Shown: positions 39,016 to 51,443, counted from the first letter of the whole stretch. The stretch is DNA of 62,463 nucleotides, filler included, from Choristocarpus tenellus KU-1152 (GCA_964200185.2; 11 parts of 11 records of this genome joined end to end with filler, not necessarily neighbours in it); one strand, 5' to 3'. Translations and numbers: made by a program. The notes: a model not told the origin generated them from the letters alone.

Positions 39016-40087
39016 ATGGCCGATGACAAGAAGAAGGCGCGTGAGACCGGTGAGAGGATCGTTGGATATGCCACTATCGTAGCTGATATGGTAAGGTCTG
39101 GATTCTAGGGTTTGTCCAGTTTTTGAAATATCTTTGCAGAAACCAAAGACAGGATCGTGATTGTGCCTCGACAAATCTGCACCTTCTGACCTCTTCTCTC
39201 TTTGTCTTCTGAACCCTTCGAAGCAGTATTGGATCTCAACAAGTACCTAGATCAGGGTGTTCGTGTCAAACTTCAGGGGGGAAGGGAAGTTCATGGGGTG
39301 CTCAAGGGATTTGACCAGCTCGTCAACATTGTGCTCGATGAGTGCATAGAGTACATTAGAGGTGAGGAGGGGTTTCGCCATTTTCCTTGTGCATATTTTG
39401 TGTTGACTTCAGCTTATGTGCAGGGCTCAATGCGGTGGTGTGTCAATAGAAGACCCTTGGTAAACACCCAGGACGTGATGTTGAAGAGGTGGAAGCCTTG
39501 GGTCAAACCATCAACCTAAACTCAATGTAAGCTGGGTTTCGATGCCGATTTGCCATGCGCTCGTATGTAGCATCCTCTACATGATCAATCAGTGACCATC
39601 AATTCCCTCCTGTGCGCACTTTCACACCATTCGTGGTTGACCAGTAGACGATCCCTGGTTACAGTCGTGACTGGCCTGTTTGCGATTGAACTGTTGCTTT
39701 GTTTTGCCTCAACTATGCTTGCCTCTCCTTCTCCTAGCTGATCCTTACAATCCCATCCTATAATGTTCGTGTTTTCCGAGAGGTTATCTGCGTATCAAAG
39801 TCAAACACACGACATGGTGCCCACCCACTCTCCCACCTGCTCACCCACTACCCACCAAGACTCGCCAATGAAACGTTTGTTAAATCTCCTCCCCTCTCAC
39901 CCAACCCCATCGCGCTCATTTTTCTTTGCTCTTGACACGTGCGATAGACCCGTCTGATCCATACAAGCTGACAGAAGAAACCCGCGACCTGGGACTCGTG
40001 GTTTGTCGGGGGACGCAAGTTAGCCTCATATCGCCAACAGAGGGTATGGAGGAGATAGAGAACCCATTTGTGGAGCAACAAGGCTAA
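39016..40087 (+). CDS. LSM7: U6 snRNA-associated Sm-like protein LSm7, complete, 3 exons
   Basis: Exons 39016-39049, 39227-39361, 39948-40087: MADDKKKARETVLDLNKYLDQGVRVKLQGGREVHGVLKGFDQLVNIVLDECIEYIRDPSDPYKLTEETRDLGLVVCRGTQVSLISPTEGMEEIENPFVEQQG*. Confidence 0.96.
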
Positions 40088-42012
40088 CACGTCATGGATT
40101 ACTTGCTCAAGGGAATCAGTATAACTGAGATGGACAGTTCTGACTTCTGATTATCTTGAAGGGGTATACGGAGATGGAGGTTGGTGGTACCGTAATATAC
40201 TGGGCATTGGTTATGAGTTTGGTTGTGCACCCTTAGGAGAGATTGCATCAACTGGAAGACCCATTTTGACAGGAGGAAGAGGATAGGATGAAAAACCCAC
40301 CTAGTCGTAAGCAGGATTGGATTAGATAGAGCACATCATCTCACTCCCAGAGATGGTGTGTTTATTGTGCAAATGTCATACATGGTGTTGTCTTGTGTTA
40401 TACTCATGTGCACTGTGATGTTTATGCACTTGAGGTCCACTCACCAAGGTCTTAACGGCGATCACATCTGTCCTCAATCAGTGTTGGCTTGTACATCCCT
40501 CTTTGAGAACATGTGCCTTGCAGAGACTGGTGAACAGACATCAATTAAAGCGCTGTCATGCAGAACCAAATTGCTTGCTGCACGTGTTGCAACTTTGCTT
40601 TTGCAATTTCCCATTTTGCATCATACACTTTGGGGTGGATATAAGAGGATGTGAAGTTTGCATTGTGTCACTAACTCAGCAAGGGGAGTCTATGCGCTCC
40701 ATATTTTCGTTTGCCTGGTAGTAACACCAGTAGGTGTGCAGCTATCGCCAGAACTGTTACGGTGCCACTGTTGCTAGGTTTCTGCCGTCCTGTCGGTTGG
40801 ACGCCATGATCAAGTAGTGAGCCAATGAGCTAAAGATGAAAGTGCCCAGCTGGATGTGGTTGAATCTTGAATCTTGGTCATCTTTATGCTTTGATAATGT
40901 GAAATGCTGGAGCCGTTGTGTCCTTGACATGCTCCGATTCAGCAAGGGTATTATAGAATTATATCATTTCAGTGATTGGATCGCCCTTTGACACATGTTT
41001 TTCTTGTCCAATAAAATTCCCGTGATGTACTGCCATTGAAGTAAGTGGATGACAGCAAATATCTCAACTTTCAAAGTTTCTCAAGTACCATATTCCATAT
41101 TTGATGGGGCATATCTGCTGCCTGCCCTGGGCTTCACTACAAAGCAGCACACGTGAGAAAACGTTGCTAAGATTGTCCTATAGCAAACCACAGCATTCGT
41201 CCCTTCATTGAAGTTGTATTGGTATTTTCAGTGTAGACTCCAGGATAAAGTCCAATTTTAGATTCCTTGTGTTGACAGCAAAGCACAACAGGAACTCAAC
41301 CTAGAGTTGAGAATGTTGCCATGGGTCAAGTGTGATTAGGGGATCCTCACCCCACAGACTAGTGGGATTGAAAGCTGAGTCCAGTGTCATGCTGAGCGGT
41401 TTGGAAAGCACCAAAGCCAGGGAGTGCTTTGTGTTGGCTTCCAGCAGGAATGATTCTCAACATCAACCCATCCCTCTGTATGCATCTAGGGGAGCATACA
41501 CACACAGATGTACCATACTGTGTTTCCTCACAATAAATTATATTTGAAGGAAAAATGGAAATATGAGGATACCCATGCTCTTATCCAGCTATTATGGATC
41601 TTCCATCACAATGTGAGGTATCGTGAGAATACATTGTGACAGACATGAAGAGAGGCCAATGCAACCAGTTGCCATGGACATACATGATGTGCACAAGAGT
41701 ATAATTTACTTTCGACTTCATAATTTTTTATATCTGACACCATTACAGTATACTAGTACCTTACGACTGACTCTCAATGAAGACTATTTTTTGTGTAGGG
41801 AGTCTTGAGGTATAATTCACCACTGCTCACCCCCACTCCCCCACGAACAGAGTTGGCACTGTTGAGGCATAAGCTNNNNNNNNNNNNNNNNNNNNNNNNN
41901 NNNNNNNNNNNNNNNNNNNTTAATTAATTAANNNNNNNNNNNNNNNNNNNNNNNNNNNNNNNNNNNNNNNNNNNNCGAGTATTTTCTAGTTAAGTAGGTG
42001 TACTACCCTCAC

Positions 42013-45000
42013 CTTATCATTCCCGCCCAGGATTCTAGAAACCGTATCAGTGTCTGTCAACACCCCCTTGAACGCCTCCTTAAGCTGATACAATGCAACC
42101 AAGTACAGCACAGAATTGCAGTAATCACAAGCAATGAATGAACATTAGCTCAATTCAAATATTTTTTTCCCCCACTAAAATTAGAGCAGTTTTGATTGGT
42201 CGAGACAAATCCTTGTACTAGCACAGTATTGATTTGTTCTCAAGACAGGGTTAGGGTTAGGGTTAGAGCTTTTAGTTGGAAACAATTGTGACAGTTTTGA
42301 GACGTTAGAAAAGAACACAAATGTTAACTTTTCTCACTCTCAGAAATACATTGAAAGAGTTAAATATCTTGTTGCTTTGACAAGGATACCATTTCACACC
42401 TCGTAAGACCCTGGCCTACTTCAAAACTGCATGTAATATTTCACAACAGAACGACAGCTACTGTTGATACTGCTTTGATACATGCCATCCACCCTATTAA
42501 TGGCTTATCAACAACAGAACACTTTTCAAACATATACTGAGCTGATCAGAGTGACACTAGGTGACAAGACCAACAAACCAGGGACGCTTGAGGGGTTTGG
42601 CAAGTGGAAGGTGGAGGGGTGGGGGGTGGGGCACCTGCACTGCGTAGAAGTTGATTGGATCCATGAGCAGTGCTAGAAGGAGCTTCTCAAAGTCGCCACG
42701 GCACTCTTTCTTGACAGCCTTCTCAAGGGACATACCATGGTTCTGTTCATACTTGGTTCGAATAGCCTGCACAAAAGAAAAATAAGTAAGAAAAATATCG
42801 TAATTGTTTGGCGGGGGGGTGGGAGTGGGGGGGGGGGGGGGGGGGGGATTAGGCACGCATGCTCGTTCAACAAACTCAAGAGATGGAATGGGCTAGAGGT
42901 CAGAAAGGCCTTCATAGGCAGCAGTCCTCAATCCTCACTCTTACCATTGTGCTCATCATGACATCAGCAAGGAGAGGCTGGGATCACAAATTACCCTTTC
43001 TTTGTGTAAGCTTGTTGTGCATAAATTGGGTATGCTTCTGAATTATTAATAAATATTATTGATTAAAATACTTAAAATTAAAATAAATGTTTTTAATTTT
43101 TAATGATCGTATGAAGAGGCTGGGATCACAAATTACCCTTTCTTACTCGCCCTCACCCTCACCCACATCCCCCTGCCCCATAACAAGTGCCAACCTGAAT
43201 CTGTGCCCGTGATGCAGTAGTCAGGATACGGATGAAGGTGCCCTTGTCTGTACCCAGACGCTTTCCAATACCAGCATTGTGCAGTTCTTGAGCCTGCTTC
43301 ACAGCTAAATATTCATCAGCCTAAGAGCATAGAAGGGGATGATGGATGTATACAAGTGTAGACATTGGATTCAACAGAGTCAAGGCGAAGCATTGCATGT
43401 AATATATTGAGAGAAGTGCAGCGTGGAGTGACAAGTGCTGGGCAGCTACAGACAAGAACGACGAGCTCTAGAGGATTAAAAAATAAAAAACTTGACACTA
43501 AATTACAAAGTGATGCATCAAGTCCATATGAAACTACATCAGAATACATCAAAGCATTCCTCTAGCAAAATATGTAGGTAACAGCACGTGTCGACTGTTA
43601 CATCAAGTCTTACAACTTGAGATATAGACACTCTCAGGCAGGCACTCTTGTACCCAACAAAATAAAAAAGTTACATCTCCTCAAAGGTGGAAACAAAGGG
43701 GGTACGAGACCAACCATAGAGAGGTGCAAAACTGCTGAAACCGTTCAGATACAAGTGCGGCAACTTCAATGTAGACAAAAGCAACAAATTGTGCTTTCAA
43801 ACAACTCAGATCGCAACACAGTACTGACCTGGTTAGTTCCTCTTAAACTTGGAAAATACGGTCGACTGGATCCTCTTCACCTCTCCAACTCTCTCTCAAC
43901 TCACCTTCACACCCCACTTTCAACTTCTTGCCTTCTTAAAGTCTTTGTCTTCTTCTTAACTTGTCTACACGACCCTAACATTAAATACCCGAATCAAGTA
44001 AATCTCTGTAACATTACTACCCTATTCCTCACCTCTTCACTCTCATCCCTCCCACCGTTGATCAAGGCCATCACACAGTCTTCAAAAGATCCACTAAGCT
44101 CTGACTTGAGGCGGTCCATGAGGGACGTATTGAACTGAAACGAGACAAGGAGAGTAGGGTCGCCGCTTTGTCAGAGACACAGCTCTCAGCATAAACAAGG
44201 ATGGCAACAACGGCATCAGCACCTCAACAAGAAGCTCATACCCTAACCCTATAACCCTAACCTTTACCAACACACTGCTTCAAATATGGCAGGTAACAAC
44301 AATCGCATGCATTCGTGTATAGGGTTAGGGTTAGGGTTAGAGCTATTGGTTCAGGTAGGAGCACCACAGATCTCTCACTAAACAACACACAGTACTCATC
44401 ATTTCCAACTTCAACCATAGGTGTATTCAACACTCATCTGTCACATCTTCTGCGGGTGGAAATGATGTGTACTGTGTGTTTAGTGTATTCAACACTCATC
44501 TGGAACACCTTACCTTGGCATTGTGCCTCTCCCTGGCAGCAAGCATCCTCTCATTAGTGAGAGGAGCAAGCACCAGAATGATGAGGGTCTCATTGGTGCC
44601 TATACCATCCATAGCCTTCTTGAGCATGGTTGCATCAAAGTCCGCCTCAGGCATCAGTGTGTACCGCAGGAACGTCCTTTTTATCATTACAAAAAAATAA
44701 TATCAGTACAGATTAAGTTAAGTATGATTACATACAAATAATATCAGTACAGATAAGTTAAGTACCATTATAGTCAAATAATATCGATACGGATAAGTAC
44801 AGTATGATTACAGACAACAAAAAAATAATGACAGAAAACATTTAACAGCAAGACTAAACTGTAAACAGGATTCATCGATGTGAGTGGCTCACACCACAAT
44901 CACACCATGATCAAATGCAACTGTAGAGCCAAAGCTGGGAACACTTTACCAACAAACCAATCAAGAGAACAAACCCTAACCCTAACCCTAACTTGAGACC

Positions 45001-47544
45001 GACAGAACAAAACCAACAAAATCAACTGAGAAAAACACCATTTCCTTGAACTTGAGACATCAATGTATCAACAGTCATATCAACAGTAAAAACGCAACAT
45101 GATCAAAACTACACTTCAGTCTCCAACCAACCTTCCACCACCGACCCTAACCCTAACACTACCTTGACTGCAGTTCAACAACATCAAACTAACTCACTCG
45201 TAGGCATCACTAACCCTAACCCCAACCCCAACCCTCACGACGATCAAACTCACTCACTCGTAGGCATCACTAACCCTAACCCTAACCCCAACCCTAACCC
45301 TCACAACGATCAAACTAACTCACTCGTAGGCACCACTGCACTCCTTCTGGATCTGCTTGTCCAGAGACATGTTGAACATGCTGTGGTAGTACTGATCCAC
45401 ACGAGCCAGGTGCTTCTTGGTACGTCCACAGACAATGGAGATGAGTTGTGTATCACTGATATCGATAACCAGTTCACAAAAAAAAAGCGAGGGAGGGAGG
45501 GAGGTGAGTGTCCTTTTACATCACTGTCAAATGATTATACATGCAAAAAAAGGCTTGACAGTGGTGCCAGCAACACCAGTATCAGGTAACATCTCAACAC
45601 TCCATCAACATTCAACTCACCATTCCACAGAGATGAGAGATTTACTGGAAAAATCAGTGGCCCTGTCCAACAAAAAATGATAATTTACTGGAAAAATAAT
45701 GAAACTGCCTCACTATGGCCACTGTTGTTGGGCAGTCTGGATTAAAAATGGGGTTTGTACTGAGAGATGACCAAAAGGGGGTGTTGATTGATGAATGGGG
45801 ACAGGGCTTCAACTTTTTTGGGGGAATTGGAGGGGTTGTTTTCATCACGAACGAATAGATGACATGGATGCAGAAAACTACTCAAAAAAACTGTTCATGC
45901 GAGGTCAATGAACAAATTCAGGGCAAGAGATGGTGCAGATGCACTTACTTTGTGCCCAAGCCCTTGCATGCCTCACGGATGTCACTGGCATCTACCTGCA
46001 AGGTTGATTAGCAAGTTGCACAGAGATTAAACTTAGGTTTGTACCATTGGTGAGGGGTTGACACAGCACAAGCTTGGATGAGCACACACTGCTCCACACA
46101 GTGGAAACATTACACAAATTCAAGGAGTTCACACCCTTGGAATGGATCATGCTATGGAGTACTAGATCAACAGACAAATAGACTATTTCCAGAGAACAGG
46201 AAACTTCACAAAAATTCAAGGAGCTCTCACACTTGGAATGGATTATGCTATGGAGTACTAGATCAACAGACAAATAGACTATTTCCAGAGAACAGCCAGA
46301 CTCTTCTCTTTCCTTGCAACCACTGACCCTTTAACCCTTATCAACACAAGGACCAGAATCAAAACTCTTGAGTATTTTGACATAAACACCGAGTTACTGT
46401 TGTTCCCGATAAGATGCAATTACAGGGGGTTCCACCGCCGTCGACAAGCATGCTATCAGCAGCCAATACCTTCCAACCTCCACTCCATCCCATTTCTCGT
46501 AGCAGTCCAAAGAAAAGGCGCTTGGCATCATATCATACCTTCCCATCAAAACATTTGTTACTTAGACCAATAAAATCAAACCAAACCAAAAGAAATCGTA
46601 CACCACCTCTGTATCAACTCCTGAAAAAAGAAATCATCCAGACAGCAAGCACAATGTTCCATGAATACCTTTTCAAGCGTTCGATGAATACAGTTACCCA
46701 CCCCTCAACCAGTTACCCCTCAAGTAGAGGGTGAACATTCAGCACCTTCTATCACCACCCTTTAAACATATGCTTGGGTTAGGGTTAGAACCCTGGCCTG
46801 CCCCCACCTGGCAGACAAAGTCCCTGAGGTTCTCCCTCTCCTGGAGCAGCGCCTTGGCATGGTTCTTCATTGCATCCTCATCTTCCGCATCGACCTCAAT
46901 GTCTGTAATGTACTCCAATCCAGCCGTGGGGTCATTGCCCTTAACCCATAACACGGTTGCCTGTTTACCAGCAAAAAAATCCAAGCACGAGAGTCAAAAT
47001 CCAAGCACACGCAGCCCACAGAATGACAAGGATAAGCTCTTGATTCACACCTTACTCAAAGCTGCAACCAAGAGGACTACTGTGTCTACAGAGCTTTTAT
47101 GCACATCATGCTCAACCACAACAGATGAACTATATTATTATTATTACACACTCTCTCTCCCCCCTTCCCCCCCCCCCCCCCCCCCCCCCCTTCCCCCCCC
47201 CCCCGGGATCCCCCCACAACCCTCTTCCCCCCCCCCCCCCCAGAAGAGGCCCAAGGGTCTCCCNNNNNNNNNNCTCAACCACAACAGATGAACTATATTA
47301 TTATTATTACACACTCTCTCTCCCCCCTTCCCCCCCCCCCCCTGCCCGTTCTTCCCACCTTTCGGAAGTTCCCAGAAGATTCATTCTTCAGCCTCTCTCC
47401 CAAGGAAGTGCCATAGGTTTCCACGTAGTAAGAGGCGATGTCGAAGAGTTTTTTCTTGTCTGTACCACCAAGAAGGCGGCACACTCTCTCGTTGTCTGTC
47501 CCAAGACCCTCAAAGGACTTGAACAGCGCATATGCCGTGTATGA
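42013..47544 (-). CDS. Annexin with at least 5 repeats (tandem tetrads); partial at both ends, 9 exons visible
   Basis: Phase-consistent exons 47544-47359, 46960-46808, 45995-45949, 45455-45324, 44676-44514, 44134-44033, 43320-43195, 42766-42635, 42084-42013. Endonexin motifs FEGLGTDNE, CKGLGTNDT, MDGIGTNET, GKRLGTDKG, FKGVLTDTD, and E-x-(S/R)G-x-(F/Y) segments. Confidence 0.93.
43003..43114 (-). pseudogene. petA: Nuclear plastid DNA insertion (NUPT): petA (cytochrome f) 5' fragment
   Basis: Very AT-rich 112-bp insert. The minus strand reads KTFILILSIL-(frameshift)-SIIFINNSEAYPIYAQQAYT, i.e. a hydrophobic leader plus the conserved mature cytochrome f N-terminus YPI(F/Y)AQQxY. Flanked by a 30-bp direct repeat (42973-43002 / 43115-43144). 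Confidence 0.85.
44697..44815. repeat. ~40-bp tandem repeat, 3 copies (intronic)
   Basis: aataatatcagtacagat(t)aagttaagta.. repeated. Confidence 0.8.
45183..45335. repeat. Triplicated exon/intron junction unit containing CCCTAA/CCCCAA hexamers
   Basis: atcaaact(a/c)actcactcgtaggca occurs three times, separated by telomere-like arrays; the third copy is the real annexin donor. Confidence 0.85.
46112..46294. repeat. ~95-bp tandem duplication (intronic)
   Basis: aaattcaaggag..ttggaatggat..tgctatggagtactagatcaacagacaaatagactatttccagagaacag occurs twice. Confidence 0.85.
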
Positions 47545-47667
47545 CTGAAGGATGCAACATGCAGGGGNNNNNNNNNNNNNNNNNNNNNNNNNNNNNNNNN
47601 NNNNNNNNNNNTTAATTAATTAANNNNNNNNNNNNNNNNNNNNNNNNNNNNNNNNNNNNNNNNNNNN

Positions 47668-48480
47668 CATACATATTTATTGTAACTGTCCGATAGAGTT
47701 GGAAGAGCCTAATCGAACAACTGCCTCTCTGTACGATGTATTTTTTTGTCCACACTAGGATGATTCTCATTCTTGTCTAAAGTCCTTGAGAGATCATGGG
47801 GTACCATCCTCTTCTTTGCCCCATCCATACCAAATCTTTGACAAATGCTCTTAACGTACTCGTTCTGACTTATGTGACTGCAATTCTGTCACGTGAAATC
47901 TTACAACCCATATAGTACTCAAGCTCACCAAAATCTTCTATAGGAAACTGCTCCTTAATCCTAGAGCAAACACAAATCAAAACATCCTACCTACCAGCCA
48001 CCATAAGATCACTTGTAGAATCTCCTACTGAGTCCTGAACAGGTTTGAGCACTCCTCTCCACTGAAATCGTAAATGTGACGGCGATAGTTGTGATGAATC
48101 TTGTTCCGCCAGGCATGGTTGCCAGAAGCAACTCAAGGTCATTTGCGGACGTATTGCCCTCCTCCCTCGTCCGACTCCACCAAAGGTTCAACATGTCAAA
48201 TTTGCTTACTAAGGTGAAGCGTGCTGCCCTACTTCCGCCTGAACATTTGTATCCGCCACGTCAACTCCGCTAACTGACTCGTTGTTTGTCCTGACCAGTT
48301 CATGATCTCCCTTCAAAAGAAGCCCTCTGGCGCGTTCTTCCCCCTCGCACAGCTGCGATGGGGTTGGTCCCCGATATCACATCGATTCGTCAACACTGCT
48401 TGCCTGACCATGGTCAGAACGTTGGATAAATACTGTGTTGTGGTAGAGTACTTGGTACTGAGATAAACCTTGGATACAGT
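47668..48480 (-). mobile_element. Internally deleted Ty1/Copia relic: RT fragment, purine-rich tract and start of the 3' LTR
   Basis: The minus strand at ~48015-47870 reads DLMVAGR*DVLICVCSRIKEQFPIEDFGELEYYMGCKISRDR, like the Copia RT segment after YVDD. It is followed by agagaggcagt|TGTTCGATTAGG (LTR starts at 47719). Confidence 0.7.
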
Positions 48481-48717
48481 GGACCACTAAGTACTACTTT
48501 ATAGTAGTGTTGTATTAGTAAGTAAGAATCGATATAGTCTACGCCTTCGACGACACAGACCAAGTTTGAAATCAAATTTGTTATTATGTATTACACCACC
48601 AACCACCATCATCTAAGACATTGCATGTTGTAGGGTATACAAGGACAACAAAGATTTCTCGCCGCACAATAGATAGGAGAAGTACACCTCAAAGTCAAGC
48701 AACGACGACTGGGTACC

Positions 48718-50303
48718 ATGACCAGTAATGAATGTGACTTCGAGGCGCCATGGGTGGAGAAGTACCGACCAACCAAGCTTGACGATGTAAGAGCAAAGAT
48801 CGTACGTCTCCTCCTATTCGTGGGAGAGCACCTCGTCGACATGCACGGAGTAGTGAAAGCTTGCTTTGTTTTTAGTCTTTTACTTGTTTATCTAAGAGTC
48901 TCGGCGAAAATGATACGTGGACTAGGTACAAGGGGCTGAGTACGATGGACACCAGTGCAGACGTGGGGTCGCGGGTTTATGCCAAACCGATCGGCAGAAC
49001 TGTTTAGAATGATAACCGCCAACCTGATGTGCAGTGGGATTCAGTCCATATTTGGAATTCACATGGTTTATCTCTCTAAATAGCTTGCTTCTTGGTTGCT
49101 CTTACTGTCTTTACCGGCTAGCCCAGCCTTGGGCGTTGTAAGCAAGAAAATGTCATTGCATACTCCCTGTAGGAGTGGGCAAGCAAACTCCGTATGTATT
49201 CAGTGATCAATGAAGAAGGAGAAGGACCTCGCACGTTTGGAATCAGTCCCAGAGTCTTTTATTAGATTTTTGTGCTGATGACAAGATGATGCGGGTAATA
49301 GCCTACTCTGCAAAGAGCGGATATTGTGAAGACAGTATGGGAGGGATTAAACTGCGGTTCTAGCGAGTGAATTCAAGCTGAGTTGCGAAGTGAGGAGCAG
49401 ATGTCATTTATGGCTAGACTTGTGCATGCTACACGTGAATGGTCTTGACCATACCGTTCCCAACTCATTGATGTACCATAGTGACGATCACACACCCATC
49501 CACCTCACTGTCAAAACTGTAGTTGGTCTATTATTGAGATTGGAGATATGTTTAGGTTTAGGTTCAGTGATCTTTGTTGCACCCATTCTTATCCTTTTGA
49601 TGTAGACCTGCGGACGTGGAAGAGAGAGCAGTGACTACTGGCATAGAAGAAACCCCAGTCCCAATCTTTGCTTTCCTAGACTAGGATTGATGATCACCGG
49701 CCACACCAGTTCTCAGTGGTCAGAGGTCATCTCTCCTGTTTGGTATTGTTTTCTTGAGTATGTATCTGCAATTTGTATGTATCATTCCTTTGCATGGGCA
49801 GACCCTTCTAGATACAGATTGCGGACTGATGGACCAGGAAAAAGTTCTTCTTATCAAAAACGGGAGCAGAGGGTAAGGTAAGAGGAAAAATCTTACCCTC
49901 ACACCAAGGTTGTCCCTCCCCCCATTCTTCTGACACTGTCTTTCTTTCTTATTCAGTAAGAGATACACACATACGTTCAGAGTACACAAATAAGCACCTA
50001 TAGAGAGAGAGTAGTGCCAGTACACTGTGCTCTGTCTAGGGTTAGGGTTGGCTCTTCTTTTTTTCCAATAAAATATCAGGTGCGATTGGCAAAGAGCAAC
50101 CTCATGTGCTTTGTGGAACCCTTCCCCCTGTCCCCGTTTGGTAATGTTAAAAGGTCGTTGGAAACGAGCAGACAATAGATAGGCTCAAGGTGATATCGGA
50201 GGAGGGGAATATGCCCAACGTTATCATTTGTGGGCCCCCGGGGACAGGAAAGACAACTAGCATTCATGCACTGGCTCACACAATGCTAGGGGGAGCGTAC
50301 AAG
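48718..50303 (+). CDS. RFC2: Replication factor C subunit 2 (yeast Rfc4 orthologue), first two exons; 3' partial
   Basis: Exons 48718-48786 and 50154-50303: [23 protein letters not shown]|[50 protein letters not shown] (PWVEKYRP box and Walker A). Confidence 0.92.
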
Positions 50304-51263
50304 GTAGAGTGATGCATTTTAGTGGGGAGACTAGAAGAGAGGGCAATTGATTGTGAGTTGTTCGAGGCAGTAGTGTAGCAGTAGGGGCTAAGGAGATGCA
50401 TGTATATGATGGCAATGCCATAGTTCTGTATCCATACACCCACTAGTATGCGCATCAGTTAATGGAGAAAAGACTTTACTTTTAACACCCTGTAAAAAAA
50501 GAGGCCCAAGCGTGTGTATCTTCTGCACCCGGAAGCGTTCATAATTACAACAGCAACAACACGCAATGCGGAGGGCAGAGGTAGCTGTCAACAGACAGTC
50601 AGCTTTAGTGTCCACAGATTAAAAAGGACCCAGCCAGCTTATTTCCTTCATCCCTTGGATGTGTTGCGAACGAGTACTCCACTTTTTTCTTTCATGTACG
50701 TTTCTGTTTTGAAGTTTTTCGTTGGTTTTGCTCTCAAATATTTTTTTTCAGTTGCATGCATTACTTCCCTTTTTTTCCCCACCTCCTCGTCCTCCTCGTC
50801 ACCCCNNNNNNNNNNNNNNNNNNNNNNNNNNNNNNNNNNNNNNNNNNNNTTAATTAATTAANNNNNNNNNNNNNNNNNNNNNNNNNNNNNNNNNNNNNNN
50901 NNNNNCAAATGGACACCCTGGTGTAGACCCTCCCTCCTCCCCCAGATACTTTGGGTCAATGATTGGACAGATCACCATCTTTTGAATGTTCACTGAACCA
51001 CTAAATCTTGCCCATGTTGCCCTGTACCAGATGGAGTATCTAACTGGTCAATCCCAATAAATATATTATGGATATTGCTGGGGGGACTGGATCAAGCCTA
51101 CTATGGATGTGAGAGGAAGCAGCAGAGAGACAAAGGGGGAACCTGTTCTAAAGCTTCTAGACTGCAAACAGCAATCAGATGGTGTGACTATACATAGACA
51201 TGTATTTCATTCCAGTATACTCTATAAGAGTGTGCATAGGCAATAATGTGTATTTTGGTATCA

Positions 51264-51443
51264 GATTCAAAGTATATGGAGGGGGGGAGGGGTCTACACC
51301 AGGGTATCCATTCGGGCCCTGACCAGGAGAAGTGAACTTACATTGTCCATCTGACGCATGCAACCAAATCACCCAAAAATCGTGACATGGAAAAATGGGT
51401 CCCAAATGGACAGCCGGCACCCCCATCCCAGATACTTTGAGCC
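51264..51443. mobile_element. MITE family B (~180 bp), full copy with 4-bp TSD ATCA
   Basis: gattcaaagtatatggagggg ... cccagatactttgagcc; ATCA on both sides. Confidence 0.9.

Noticed and set aside
47110-47342. Duplicated ~65-bp block on either side of a 10-N gap with poly-C runs
   Set aside because: Most likely a scaffolding overlap at a low-quality homopolymer.
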